Source of the DNA: Bacilli bacterium
GTDB lineage: Bacteria > Bacillota_I > Bacilli_A > ML615J-28 > CAG-313
NCBI GenBank assembly: GCA_900752975.1
Contig: CAADXH010000098.1
Span: 58-64,057 of the forward strand
Direction of reading: 5' to 3'
Length of the DNA: 64,000 nucleotides
This document shows, in pieces, positions 31,034 through 40,944 of the stretch; position 1 is the stretch's first letter, and every line of letters starts with the position of its first letter. The notes beneath the pieces are model-generated. The model made no database searches. It was not told the origin of the DNA and worked only from the letters and a program-made list of their open reading frames with translations. The position numbers and the translations under genes were made by a program.

Positions 31034-31660
31034 TTATAGTTTTTCATTTTCTTTGTAAAAAATCAAAGTACCTTTAATATATGCTTCGATATCTTTATCA
31101 ACTAATATAATAAGCCCTTGAGAACTAATATAACTTCCGTTAACACTTCTCATATTGTCATTTATATTATATGGCAAAACAACTACAATATCAGAGTTTA
31201 AATCTATTAGTTTGTTGCATTCAACACAATTAGCATATCTTCAACCTAAATCTTTTTAATGAAAACTACCTATAATATGAAAATCATCAGTTTTATAAGT
31301 GACTAGTACATTTGATTTACTTGGATAAAGCATATGACCATCTTCATCCAACCAAAAATAATTTTTGAACGTAATTTTTCTCATTTCTTCTACTTATAAA
31401 TTTTTAAAATCTAAATATACTTTTTCTTCGGTATCTTGAAATATTACATATAAAGAAACTGAATAATATTGATATCCTCTACCATAATCTATTTTAAAAA
31501 CATTTAAATCATTTGAATTTACAAATTCTTTTTCTGATATTCTATGTAATTCTAGTTCACCATAAAATTCTTCTTTATCACAAACAAATTTTCCTTCTAC
31601 AACTTCAAATGATTTTGTTTTGCAAGAAAAAATTAAAGAACTAAAGAGAATCACACCCAA
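31034..31660 (-). pseudogene. Decayed lipoprotein gene: about 205 codons in one frame broken by three in-frame stops (TAA, TAA, TGA)
   Basis: MGVILFSSLIFSCKTK... (lipobox) 88 aa, then TAA at 31394-96. Next 45 sense codons (VEEMRKITFKNYFWLDEDGH...), then TAA at 31256-58. Then KDLG, TGA at 31241-43, then 68 sense codons (RYANCVECNKLIDL...KENEKL). Confidence 0.55.
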
Positions 31661-31779
31661 TACTAAAAATAGTTTTATAGTTATTTTACCACCCTATTAA
31701 AAATTATCTTTCATATAATAAGACAAAAAATTTATATATTTTATTGCATGGAATTTATATTTAATTATCGTTATGCCAA

Positions 31780-31822
31780 TTATGTTTAAAAAATACGTTG
31801 AAGCATTATCAACGTATTTTTT
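31780..31822 (-). terminator. Rho-independent terminator after the 31828-33282 permease gene
   Basis: Perfect 14-bp stem aaaaaatacgttga / tcaacgtatttttt with a 7-nt loop and a U-run. Confidence 0.6.
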
Positions 31823-31827
31823 CATTT

Positions 31828-33282
31828 TTATAGTGCAACAAAAGCAAATCTTAAAATACCAAGTAGTGCAATGATTGTTACAACGATATCTTTTTTACCA
31901 TATTTACCAGTTAATAAAGTTATTAATACATAGGTGATAGCACCAATCATAATACCATTACAAATAGAATATGTTGCGATTGTCATTATGAGTGTCATAA
32001 ATCCAGTTGCAGCTGAAGTGATATCAGTGAAATCTACTTTTACGATATTTTTACACATTAAAATACCAACATAAATTAGGGCAGGAGCCGTTGCACATTG
32101 TGGAACGTACTTAACTACTGGAGCCGCAAATAAGCAAGCAATGAATAAAACAGCTGTAACTAGTGATGCAAGACCTGTTCTTCCTCCGGCCGCAACACCT
32201 GCACTTGATTCAACAAATGTGGTAATTGTTGATGTACCAGTACCAGCACCAGCGGCTGTACCAATAGCATCACATAACATTATTTCACCTAAACCAGTTG
32301 GATCACCATTTTCATCTAGCATATTAGCTTCTGAAGATGTGCCATAAACAGTACCTAATGTTTCAAACATATCAACAAGAGAGTAAGTAAGTACTAGCAT
32401 AATCAAACTAAGTACACTACTAACTACCTTCCAATCAAATACATATTTAAAGCCTTTAAAGCATCCACCAAAACCAACTTCAAACCAATCTTTAAATGAA
32501 CGACCTACAGATATATTTTCCATTTGTACTTTATCTACATTAAAGATTAAACATAAAATATAATATAGAATAGTTGAACATATAATTCCCAAAATAATTG
32601 CCAATTGTTTTACTACCTTAGACTTACATTTTGTAAGAACTATTATTATAATTACACCAATAAAAGCTACTAGGGCAGGAATTATAATATTAGGATCATG
32701 ACTAGCAAAGTTTACTAATGAAACTGCAGTATATTTATTAGGTACTACAATTCCGCTATTTTGTAAGCCAACAAAAGCGATAAATAAACCAATACCAGCA
32801 GACATAGCTGTTTTAAGACAACTTGGTAGAGCTTTCGCAATATATTTTCTAAGACCAGTAAGTGATAAAATTAAGAAAAAAACTCCTGATAATAGAATTA
32901 CAACTAAACCAATTTGATAACCTTCAACTACTGATATTTTTTCTCCAACTGGTACACCATTTTCATTAAAGATTAAACATGGTGCAATAAAAGAAACAAA
33001 GAAAAATGAGTTAAGTCCCATACCAGCTGCAAGAGCAAATGGTTTGTTTGCGATAAACGCCATACATACAGTCGCAATAACTGCCGCTATGATACCACCA
33101 ATAAAACAAGCATTCCAAACTTTTGTCATTTCTGGAATTGCTGTTCCTCCAGTCATTTCATTAGGGTTTACAATTACAATATAACACATTGCAAAAAAAG
33201 TTGTGATACCGGCAATTATTTCGGTTTTAATTGTCGTTTGGTTTTCATCAATTTTAAAAACCTTGTTCAAAAAATTTTTCAT
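31828..33282 (-). CDS. NCS2 family purine permease (AzgA/PbuG-like guanine-hypoxanthine permease), paralog 1
   Basis: 484 aa polytopic protein. N-terminus MKNFLNKVFKIDENQTTIKTEIIAGITTFFAMCYI is typical of the COG2252 family. About 80% identical to the 35046-36500 paralog. Confidence 0.8.
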   Translation of the reverse strand: MKNFLNKVFKIDENQTTIKTEIIAGITTFFAMCYIVIVNPNEMTGGTAIPEMTKVWNACFIGGIIAAVIATVCMAFIANKPFALAAGMGLNSFFFVSFIAPCLIFNENGVPVGEKISVVEGYQIGLVVILLSGVFFLILSLTGLRKYIAKALPSCLKTAMSAGIGLFIAFVGLQNSGIVVPNKYTAVSLVNFASHDPNIIIPALVAFIGVIIIIVLTKCKSKVVKQLAIILGIICSTILYYILCLIFNVDKVQMENISVGRSFKDWFEVGFGGCFKGFKYVFDWKVVSSVLSLIMLVLTYSLVDMFETLGTVYGTSSEANMLDENGDPTGLGEIMLCDAIGTAAGAGTGTSTITTFVESSAGVAAGGRTGLASLVTAVLFIACLFAAPVVKYVPQCATAPALIYVGILMCKNIVKVDFTDITSAATGFMTLIMTIATYSICNGIMIGAITYVLITLLTGKYGKKDIVVTIIALLGILRFAFVAL

Positions 33283-33348
33283 ATTCTCCTCCTATTGTGA
33301 AGCCAACAAAATATGAATATACAAAAAGAAAGATATTATCTTACTAAT

Positions 33349-33418
33349 CTTAATCGTAGTCGTTTGCTTTTTGTTAAGAAATGGACGTTGCAAATCATAT
33401 TCTCGAATTTATACGATC
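33349..33418 (-). ncRNA. Degenerate purine-riboswitch-like element (decayed copy of the riboswitch at 36602-36675)
   Basis: Retains P1 (AUCGUA/UACGAU), UAUAAAUUCGAGAAUAUGAUU and ACUACGAUUAAG identical to the intact copy. The P2/P3 core (UUUCUACC, CCUUAAAU) is lost. Confidence 0.3.
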
Positions 33419-33489
33419 AATTAACTTCACTTAATTTTATCATATAAATTTTTTATTGCAATGAATTTACTTTTTTTAAATTGAAATTA

Positions 33490-33521
33490 AAAGAACTCTA
33501 TTAGTATCAATAAAGTTCTTT
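33490..33521 (-). terminator. Hairpin downstream of the 33547-34914 gene
   Basis: Stem aaagaact / agttcttt (8 bp) with a 16-nt loop. Weak U-tract. Confidence 0.35.
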
Positions 33522-33546
33522 GTAATGTAAACTATAAATAGCACAA

Positions 33547-34914
33547 TCAATTATCACTTTTTTTGCTTTCTTTATTTTTTGGTAATATTAAATTTAAGAC
33601 TATTCCCACAATAGTTGACAAGGCTACACTTGTAAATAATTTCATTCCCGTCTTACTATAAATAGCTGCTCCACCAATACCAATTATAAGAATAGTTGAA
33701 ATGATGATTAAATTTCTAATGTTGTTCAAGTCAACTTTAGCATCTAGTAAAGTTTTAAGACCATTAGCAGCGATAAAACCATATAATATTAAGCATACTC
33801 CTCCCATCACAGCAGGTGGAATAGTTGAAATTAATATAGTAAAAACATTACAAAAAGAAAGTAATATTGCAAAAATTGCAGCAAGACCTGTCACCCATAC
33901 TGATCCAACTTTAGTAAGACCAACAACAGAAGTATTTTCACCATATGATGTGTTTGCAGGACCACCTATCACTCCAGCGAATGCTGTAGCAATACCATCA
34001 CCAAGTAATGTTCGATGTAATCCAGGATCTGATAAATAATCTTTTTTAGTAATTTGTCCAAGTACTTCATGATCACCTATGTGTTCACAAATGGTAGCAA
34101 ACGCAAGAGGAATTACCGTGATAATTGCTCCAAAACTAACTTTATACATGGAAATGCCTAATCCTAATTCTTGGTCTTTCCATCCCATAATTATAAATTT
34201 AGGAACGGCAAACCATTGACTTGGGTTTTTAATTACTGTAGCTAAACTAGTAAAATCAATTAATTTAGCATCACCGTTCGGAATAAAGTTAAAAATGATC
34301 GCAATCACATATCCACCAATAATACCTACTAAGAAGGGAACAACTTTCAAGAATTTTTTTGATAAGATGGCAGTAAATGCAATAATTAATAGTGTTGCAA
34401 GTGCCACTACTATAGCTCTCCAATCGCCATTTTGCACCATACCTGTGTTAGAAATTGCACTGTTTGATAGACCAAGTCCTATTACCATAATCATCGGACC
34501 AATTACAACAGGAGGTAAAATCTTTTTGAGCCAATTTGTGCCAAATATCTTTATAAAGCCAGCCACAATCACATAAATTAATCCAACCACAACAAGTCCC
34601 GTAAGAGCAGGCCCATATGAAGTTATTACATTATTTCCTTTAATATTTGTAGTTACACTTACCGCAAGTATATATTCAATATAAGCAAAACTAGATCCTA
34701 AATAAATGGGAACTTTAGCTTTAGTACATAAAATATAAATTAACGTACCAAATCCAGATGCGAATAACGCAACTGAAATTGGAAGTCCTGTTAAAATAGG
34801 TACTAAAACAGTAGCACTAAACATCGCAAATACATGTTGAAAACTTAATAAAATCCATTTATGAACAGGGGGACGATAGTTTGGTTTTAATGTTTGAAGT
34901 TCGTTTGTTTCCAT
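33547..34914 (-). CDS. NCS2 family nucleobase:cation symporter (uracil/xanthine permease-like)
   Basis: 455 aa. N-terminal region HKWILLSFQHVFAMFSATVLVPILTG matches the UraA/PbuX family signature. Confidence 0.75.
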   Translation of the reverse strand: METNELQTLKPNYRPPVHKWILLSFQHVFAMFSATVLVPILTGLPISVALFASGFGTLIYILCTKAKVPIYLGSSFAYIEYILAVSVTTNIKGNNVITSYGPALTGLVVVGLIYVIVAGFIKIFGTNWLKKILPPVVIGPMIMVIGLGLSNSAISNTGMVQNGDWRAIVVALATLLIIAFTAILSKKFLKVVPFLVGIIGGYVIAIIFNFIPNGDAKLIDFTSLATVIKNPSQWFAVPKFIIMGWKDQELGLGISMYKVSFGAIITVIPLAFATICEHIGDHEVLGQITKKDYLSDPGLHRTLLGDGIATAFAGVIGGPANTSYGENTSVVGLTKVGSVWVTGLAAIFAILLSFCNVFTILISTIPPAVMGGVCLILYGFIAANGLKTLLDAKVDLNNIRNLIIISTILIIGIGGAAIYSKTGMKLFTSVALSTIVGIVLNLILPKNKESKKSDN

Positions 34915-34929
34915 TATTTTCTCCTTTTC

Positions 34930-34960
34930 TTAAAAAAATAAGAGTTTTAAAACTCTTATT
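34930..34960 (-). terminator. Terminator (perfect palindrome aataagagttt/aaactcttatt plus U-run)
   Basis: 11-bp stem followed by TTTTTTT on the minus strand. Confidence 0.55.
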
Positions 34961-34968
34961 CTAAAATA

Positions 34969-35037
34969 TTAAAAAACAAATGTTAAACATTTCAGTATTA
35001 CTATTTAAATTGATATTAACTATATTTAACATTTGTC
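34969..35037 (-). terminator. Terminator after the 35046-36500 permease gene
   Basis: 12-bp stem acaaatgttaaa / tttaacatttgt with a large loop, followed by a U6 run. Confidence 0.5.
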
Positions 35038-35045
35038 TTTCCTCC

Positions 35046-36500
35046 TTACATTGCCACAAAAGCAAATCTCAAAATTCCAAGTATCGCAATAATAGTTACA
35101 ACTATATCTTTTTTGCCATACTTACCAGTTAATAAGGTTATAATTACATAAGTAATTGCACCTATCATAATGCCATTACTAATTGAGTATGTTGCAATCA
35201 TCATTATAAAGGTAATAAATGCAGTCGCAGCAGAAGCAATATCACTAAAATCTACCTTCACAATATTTTTACACATCAAGATACCAACATAAATTAAAGC
35301 AGGAGCAGTTGCACATTGTGGAACATATTTAACTATTGGTGAGGCAAATAAACAAATTATAAATAAAATAGCAGTTACAAAAGCTGTTAAACCGGTTCTT
35401 CCTCCCGCCACAACGCCAGCACTTGATTCTACAAATGTTGTAATTGTTGAAGTACCAGTACTAGCACCAACAACAGTACCGATTGCATCACATAGCATTT
35501 CTTTTCCTAAATCAATTGGATCACCATTTTCATCTAGCATACCAGCTTCTGCTGATGCCCCATAAACAGTGCCAAGAGTATCAAACATGTCGACAAGTGC
35601 ATATGTAATAGCTAACATAACTACACTTATCACACCACCTAATAGTTTTCCTTCAAACACAGTTTTAAACCCTTTAAAGCAACCGCCAAACCCAACTTCA
35701 AACCAATCCTTAAATGTTTTGCCAATTGAAATATTGGAAACCTTTGGAATTTCAACTTTAAAAATTAAACAACAAATATAATATAAAACAGTTGAACATA
35801 AAATTCCAAAAATAATTGATGTTTTGTTTAGTAATTTCACTTTTGATTTTGAAAATACAACAATTAAAATTAATCCGATAAAAGCTACAATAGCAGGGAT
35901 TGCTGTTGCTGCACCTTTTGTAAAATTAGTTAATGCAACACCTGTATATTGATTAGGTACAACAATACCACTATTCTGTAAGCCAATAAAAGCTATAAAC
36001 AAACCAATACCTGCAGGAATAGCTGTTTTAAGAGAGCTTGGTAATGCTTTTGCAATATATTTTCTAAGACCTGTAAGTGATAAAATCAGGAAAATGGCAC
36101 CTGATATTAAAATAATTACAAGACCTGCTTGATAGCCATCTACAAGCGGAGTTTCAGTTCCTATTATTTTGCCAGTTTCCGTATCAAATAATAAACAAGG
36201 AATAATGAATGAAACATAGAAGAATGAATTTAATCCCATCCCGGCAGCAAGAGCAAAAGGCTTGTTCGCAATAAATGCCATACAAAGGGTTGCGATAACC
36301 GCTGCGATAATTCCACCAATAAAACAAGCATTCCAGATTTGTGATGCACCATCAATGTCTAAGAAACCTGTCATTTGATTAGGATTTACAATTACAATAT
36401 AGCACATTGCAAAAAAAGTAGTTAAACCAGCAATTATTTCAGTTTTAATTGTGGTTTGGTTTTCGTCAAGTTTAAAAACTCGATTTAAAAATTTTTTCAT
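35046..36500 (-). CDS. NCS2 family purine permease (AzgA/PbuG-like), paralog 2
   Basis: 484 aa, same family as 31828-33282. Preceded by an intact guanine riboswitch. Confidence 0.8.
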   Translation of the reverse strand: MKKFLNRVFKLDENQTTIKTEIIAGLTTFFAMCYIVIVNPNQMTGFLDIDGASQIWNACFIGGIIAAVIATLCMAFIANKPFALAAGMGLNSFFYVSFIIPCLLFDTETGKIIGTETPLVDGYQAGLVIILISGAIFLILSLTGLRKYIAKALPSSLKTAIPAGIGLFIAFIGLQNSGIVVPNQYTGVALTNFTKGAATAIPAIVAFIGLILIVVFSKSKVKLLNKTSIIFGILCSTVLYYICCLIFKVEIPKVSNISIGKTFKDWFEVGFGGCFKGFKTVFEGKLLGGVISVVMLAITYALVDMFDTLGTVYGASAEAGMLDENGDPIDLGKEMLCDAIGTVVGASTGTSTITTFVESSAGVVAGGRTGLTAFVTAILFIICLFASPIVKYVPQCATAPALIYVGILMCKNIVKVDFSDIASAATAFITFIMMIATYSISNGIMIGAITYVIITLLTGKYGKKDIVVTIIAILGILRFAFVAM

Positions 36501-36542
36501 GTTTTCCTCCTATTTATATTTGAAGCCAATAAAACATGAATA

Positions 36543-36572
36543 AACAAAAAAGAGAGACTTCTATGTCTCTCG
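36543..36572 (-). terminator. Riboswitch expression-platform terminator
   Basis: Stem gagagac / gtctctc with a 6-nt loop followed by U6 on the minus-strand RNA, between the aptamer and the RBS. Confidence 0.6.
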
Positions 36573-36601
36573 CAACGGAAAAAGAGTAACTTAGTTACTT
36601 T

Positions 36602-36675
36602 CTTTAATCGTAGTCCTATCATTTAAGGCGATAGGGTAGAGACTTTCGAACCATATTATCGAATTTATACGATTT
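36602..36675 (-). ncRNA. Purine riboswitch aptamer, guanine-type
   Basis: Minus-strand RNA: AAUCGUA (P1) UAAAU UUCGA-UAAUAUGG-UUCGAA (P2/L2) AGUCUCUACC (J2/3) CUAUCG-CCUUAAAU-GAUAGG (P3/L3) AC UACGAUU (P1). C is at the specificity position. Confidence 0.7.
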
Positions 36676-36785
36676 ATTAGCTTCATCTATATTTTATCAT
36701 ATAACTTTTAAATTGCAATTCTTTACACATTGAAAACGTTTTAATGCCTAATTGTAAATCAATGTCGTAACTTGTATTTTTGTAA

Positions 36786-36807
36786 AGTAAAAAGCGCCGA
36801 AGCGCTT
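36786..36807 (-). terminator. GC-rich tetraloop terminator after the 36813-37226 gene
   Basis: agcgc-cgaa-gcgct on the plus strand, with a U5 run on the minus-strand RNA. Confidence 0.55.
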
Positions 36808-36812
36808 ATTTA

Positions 36813-37226
36813 CTATTCGATTGCTCTAGATCTTACAAAACTAATTGCTAATGAGCCAACTAGTCCTACAGATATTAAAACCCATTTTAATACAGTTACT
36901 GCAGATCCTGCACATCCAGGTTCAAAACAGAACATAATCAACATGGCTAATGCTAATACTGAAACCATTTCTAAGCATAAATCAACAACTGTTACTTCTG
37001 AGCTTTTTACTTTTACAACTACTAATACTGCACATACTAATACTGCTAAAACGCCAATAATTGCTAATACAATAAAGCCTGCCTTAGTACTATTTAATAG
37101 TGAAGTAAAGACGTCATTTTTGTCCATAAAAAGTAGTGCAACAAATAATAAAGTCACGATAACAAGTGGGATTAAAACACCATACTTTTTGAAAAGATTT
37201 TTGTAATATTGACAAAACTTTTTCAT
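36813..37226 (-). CDS. Hypothetical small membrane protein (137 aa, about 4 TM)
   Basis: Hydrophobic ORF with a consistent terminator downstream. No motif recognised. Confidence 0.4.
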   Translation of the reverse strand: MKKFCQYYKNLFKKYGVLIPLVIVTLLFVALLFMDKNDVFTSLLNSTKAGFIVLAIIGVLAVLVCAVLVVVKVKSSEVTVVDLCLEMVSVLALAMLIMFCFEPGCAGSAVTVLKWVLISVGLVGSLAISFVRSRAIE

Positions 37227-37416
37227 ATAAATCTTCCTTTCATAAAATTAGCATCAATAGATACGCTAACATTATACTACAATTTATGCATTTTGTCAAG
37301 GTTTACAGCTTTTTATGTCGAAAGAGAGCATTTTTTGTCCTAGTTTTTTCATAATTTTAAGCGTTAAATTGAGGCTATATCTAATTTTATGCTTTATATT
37401 CTTTAAATATACTATA

Positions 37417-38004
37417 TTAAGCGTATAATGAAATCATTCCACTAATAAATATTTCAAGCCCAATACAAATCAAAATAATTCCACCAATTAATTCAGCTTT
37501 ACTTGAAAATTTTGTACCAAATTTTTTACCTAATATTACACCAACCAAACATATACAAAAAGTTATGGTTGCAATTATTAAAGCACTAGTGATAGCTAAT
37601 GATAGTTTATATTCAGCAATCGTAAAGCCCACTGATAGCGCATCAATTGACGTCGCAATTCCTTGGACTAGTAATGCATATAAACTCATTTTTTCTGCTT
37701 CTTCTTCCTCTTCACCCTTTTTGAAATAACCAAATACCATTTTCACGCCAATATAAAGTAGAAGAATTAAAGCTATCCAGGGAATAAAGTATTCAAACAC
37801 TTTAAACTTTTCCACTATGGTATGAACACAAATCCAACCAATCATTGGCATAATACCTTGAAATATGCCAAATACTCCCGCAATACCTAAAACTTTAATT
37901 TTTCTCATTTTAGGTTCATTAAATCCATTAGCAAGTGAAACGGAGAAAGCATCCATTGATAGGCCAACTCCCAATAATAGATTATTCAATATAAATGTAA
38001 ACAT
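37417..38004 (-). CDS. mntP: Manganese efflux pump MntP (DUF204)
   Basis: Duplicated DUF204 halves with motifs LSMDAFSVSL and SIDALSVGF, and an acidic loop EEEEEAE between them. Confidence 0.8.
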   Translation of the reverse strand: MFTFILNNLLLGVGLSMDAFSVSLANGFNEPKMRKIKVLGIAGVFGIFQGIMPMIGWICVHTIVEKFKVFEYFIPWIALILLLYIGVKMVFGYFKKGEEEEEAEKMSLYALLVQGIATSIDALSVGFTIAEYKLSLAITSALIIATITFCICLVGVILGKKFGTKFSSKAELIGGIILICIGLEIFISGMISLYA

Positions 38005-38057
38005 AATTGCTCCTTATTATATAATAGTTTTTTTTAATTATTTTATAACTATTTTTT

Positions 38058-38705
38058 TTAATCTTCATCTTTTTTATTAGTTATAAATTTATATAAAACT
38101 TCTAGAATAATCGCACCAATACTATTTCCAATCATCATTAAAATAATATATAAGACTACTGTAAAATCAAATACTTGAGCATAAGCATAGTAACTAGCAT
38201 TAGCAATAACATGCTCAAAACCAGACATTATAAATGCACTTACCGCTAGAAATATGATTAATGTTTTACCAATATTGGTTTTACATACATTCTGACCTTT
38301 AACCGCTATGTAAATTAACATTCCACATAATATGCTTAAAATTAAAATTGAATACCATTCATCACTTTGTTTGGTTTCAATAAGTGAAAGTGCTGTTTGT
38401 TTTAACGTTTCTTTATATCTTGTTAAGCCATTAATAAGGGGAAGAATAATCGCACCAATAATGTTTCCAATAAAGCAAATTACTAGTTTTAATAGATAAT
38501 TTGTTTTTTCATTTACCACAAAGCCAATTTTTCCTGTATATAGCCAAAGGCCAAAGGAAATAATTGTAAAAAGTCCAACTCCAAAAAGAAGTGAACCAAT
38601 AAACTTTTGATTAATTGCTAACATACTAAGGTACACAGTTGCCCCTAAGGCAATACAAAGTCCCGCAAAAATAGAACTGACAAAAATTTTTAAATACTGT
38701 TTCAT
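38058..38705 (-). CDS. Membrane protein, formate/nitrite transporter (FNT) family-like
   Basis: Motif GFEHVIANASYY resembles the FNT GFEHSIANM signature. 215 aa and 6 TM is short for a full FNT. Confidence 0.4.
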   Translation of the reverse strand: MKQYLKIFVSSIFAGLCIALGATVYLSMLAINQKFIGSLLFGVGLFTIISFGLWLYTGKIGFVVNEKTNYLLKLVICFIGNIIGAIILPLINGLTRYKETLKQTALSLIETKQSDEWYSILILSILCGMLIYIAVKGQNVCKTNIGKTLIIFLAVSAFIMSGFEHVIANASYYAYAQVFDFTVVLYIILMMIGNSIGAIILEVLYKFITNKKDED

Positions 38706-38765
38706 ATATTACCTCATTGCCGTACATTATACCACATTTCAACAAAAAAAGGACTTTATAAGCCC

Positions 38766-39548
38766 TTATTTTTCACTTGTCATCTGTTTTTTAAATGTAA
38801 TAATTGAAAGAATAACACTAATAAGTAAATAAATTAAAATAACAATTATTCCAATTATCATATTATTATCAAATTTATATAATTCAAGATTAGTATGCAT
38901 GGCACCTGTTACCATTCTACCTAACGATACTGATGGATAAAATGGTAAAAAACGACAAATTGTTTCAAAATTACCCATAACATCAAGGGGCATCCAACAA
39001 CCTCCTAAAATACCTGATGCACTAATAAAAACTGAAACAATACCAGGAGCACTTTTATCATTTAATAACGTACCAAATAATAAGCCTAAAAATATGCAAA
39101 TTATTAAATTTGGTAAAGCTGTAAGCATTAATAAACATGCACTACCAAATGAAAAGTAATCATTTTTACAAATAAGACTAATAACAAAACCACTGCCAAT
39201 ACATATTATCATTTGTATGATTCCAAGAATAATACCGGGAATGGCATATCCTAAAATATAATTACTTGCTTTAAGGGGAGAAGTATATAAACGTTTAAGT
39301 AAAGAAGTCGAACGATCCTTTGATATCATCAAAGCCATTACCATCATAATAAACGTGGCAGAAAAAATGAGAATTCCTGGAATTAGTGATTTAGGCCTAA
39401 ATACTGGATTTTCTTCTCCGGTATAATTGTTAATTATTTGAAATAATAATAGCATTACAAGAGGGAATCCAATTCCAAAAATATAAATAATAGGATCACG
39501 AAGAATTTCTTTTATTACTCTTTTTGTAAATATTAAGGTATTTCTCAT
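38766..39548 (-). CDS. ABC-2 type exporter permease
   Basis: 260 aa with 6 TM and ABC-2 family topology. Overlaps the start of its ATPase partner. Confidence 0.75.
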   Translation of the reverse strand: MRNTLIFTKRVIKEILRDPIIYIFGIGFPLVMLLLFQIINNYTGEENPVFRPKSLIPGILIFSATFIMMVMALMISKDRSTSLLKRLYTSPLKASNYILGYAIPGIILGIIQMIICIGSGFVISLICKNDYFSFGSACLLMLTALPNLIICIFLGLLFGTLLNDKSAPGIVSVFISASGILGGCWMPLDVMGNFETICRFLPFYPSVSLGRMVTGAMHTNLELYKFDNNMIIGIIVILIYLLISVILSIITFKKQMTSEK

Positions 39549-40264
39549 TATTTGGCTCCTTCCACAATTTTTACAAAAGCATCTTCAAATGAAGTTGTAT
39601 TTGCTTGTTTCTTTATTTCTTCAATTGTACCAGTTGTTATTAGTGTTCCTTTCGATAAAATAGCAACTCTATCACATAATTCTTCAATTTCTTCTAAATA
39701 ATGTGAAGTAAGAACAATTGTAATTTTCTTTTTTAGTTTTAAAATAACTCGCCATAACTCTCTTCTTGCAAGAACATCAAGACCTAAGGTTGGCTCATCT
39801 AAAAATAACACTTTTGGCTTTGACACCATTCCTACCGCAATAGATAAACGGCGTTGCCATCCACCTGAAAGAGTTTTTGCTTTTTGATTTAAAACTTCTT
39901 CTAACTGAAACATTTCAACAATATTATTAATTTCATTTTCATCTACGGTACCATAAATTTCACTAAAGAATTTTAAGTTTTCAATGACTGTGAGATTTCC
40001 CGCAATTGACACTTCTTGAGGTGATACATCAACTATTTGTTTTATTTTTTCCATTTCTGCATCTATATCATAACCAAGTACAAAAGCTTTACCTGAAGTT
40101 TTTTTGATTAATCCCGTTAGTATTTTTATTAGAGTTGTTTTTCCTGCTCCATTTACACCTAGTAAGCCATAAAGTTCATTCTCTTTAACTTCTAAGTTAA
40201 CATTTTTTAAAGCTTTTACAGTTTTATAATTCTTACAAAGATTTTCAACTTTAATTGCTTCCAT
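39548..40264 (-). CDS. ABC transporter ATP-binding protein
   Basis: Walker A GVNGAGKTT, signature LSGGWQRRLSIA, Walker B VLFLDEPT. Confidence 0.88.
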   Translation of the reverse strand: MEAIKVENLCKNYKTVKALKNVNLEVKENELYGLLGVNGAGKTTLIKILTGLIKKTSGKAFVLGYDIDAEMEKIKQIVDVSPQEVSIAGNLTVIENLKFFSEIYGTVDENEINNIVEMFQLEEVLNQKAKTLSGGWQRRLSIAVGMVSKPKVLFLDEPTLGLDVLARRELWRVILKLKKKITIVLTSHYLEEIEELCDRVAILSKGTLITTGTIEEIKKQANTTSFEDAFVKIVEGAK

Positions 40265-40842
40265 TATTTAGCCTCCACATAATACAATCTTAGTGCCTTA
40301 AATTCTTCCATTAAGAAGTGTCTAATTGTGTTTTGATCCCATTTTACATACCCCGTTACAATTTGCGTAGCGATACCATGAGCGAAAATCCAACTAGATA
40401 AAAAGAAAGATTCTGCTTTTTCTCTAGAAATATTACTTACTTCCATTATTTTATTAATAACAATTTCATTTAAATTATTATCATATTCCGCATCACTCGT
40501 AATTTTTTGCATGTATAAATACTCAAATAAATGAGGATTTTCACTAGCAAAATTAATATAACTCATTAAATATTGCATATAAACGGTTGTTTCACTTTTT
40601 ATTCCAGATTCAATATATGAATGATATGTTTCTTGGCATTTTATCTTTAATTCATTTTTTAATTCATCCATATTTTTAAATGATGCATATAAAGGTTGAG
40701 TTGAACAGTTTAAATTTTCCGCAATACATCTTGCATTAATTGCTTCTATTCCTCTTTCTTTTAATAATTTAAGAGCTGTATCTAAAATCATTTGTTTAGT
40801 TATTGATTTCTTCGCTGGCATAAATCCTCCTAAAAATAACAT
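40264..40842 (-). CDS. TetR/AcrR family transcriptional regulator
   Basis: N-terminal HTH ITKQMILDTALKLLKERGIEAINARCIAENLNCSTQPLYASF. First gene of the regulator-ABC operon. Confidence 0.85.
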   Translation of the reverse strand: MLFLGGFMPAKKSITKQMILDTALKLLKERGIEAINARCIAENLNCSTQPLYASFKNMDELKNELKIKCQETYHSYIESGIKSETTVYMQYLMSYINFASENPHLFEYLYMQKITSDAEYDNNLNEIVINKIMEVSNISREKAESFFLSSWIFAHGIATQIVTGYVKWDQNTIRHFLMEEFKALRLYYVEAK

Positions 40843-40944
40843 ATGTTATTATATCATTTTTTATACACTAAGTAAAGAAAAAAGCATAAAGAAAAAGAGA
40901 TAAGGATTAGACCTTATCTCAATATAGATTGCCATAATTATTAG

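Noticed and set aside
38005-38057. yybP-ykoY manganese riboswitch upstream of mntP
   Set aside because: Only 53 nt of AT-rich spacer separate mntP from the upstream gene, which is too short for the aptamer. No conserved riboswitch helices were seen.
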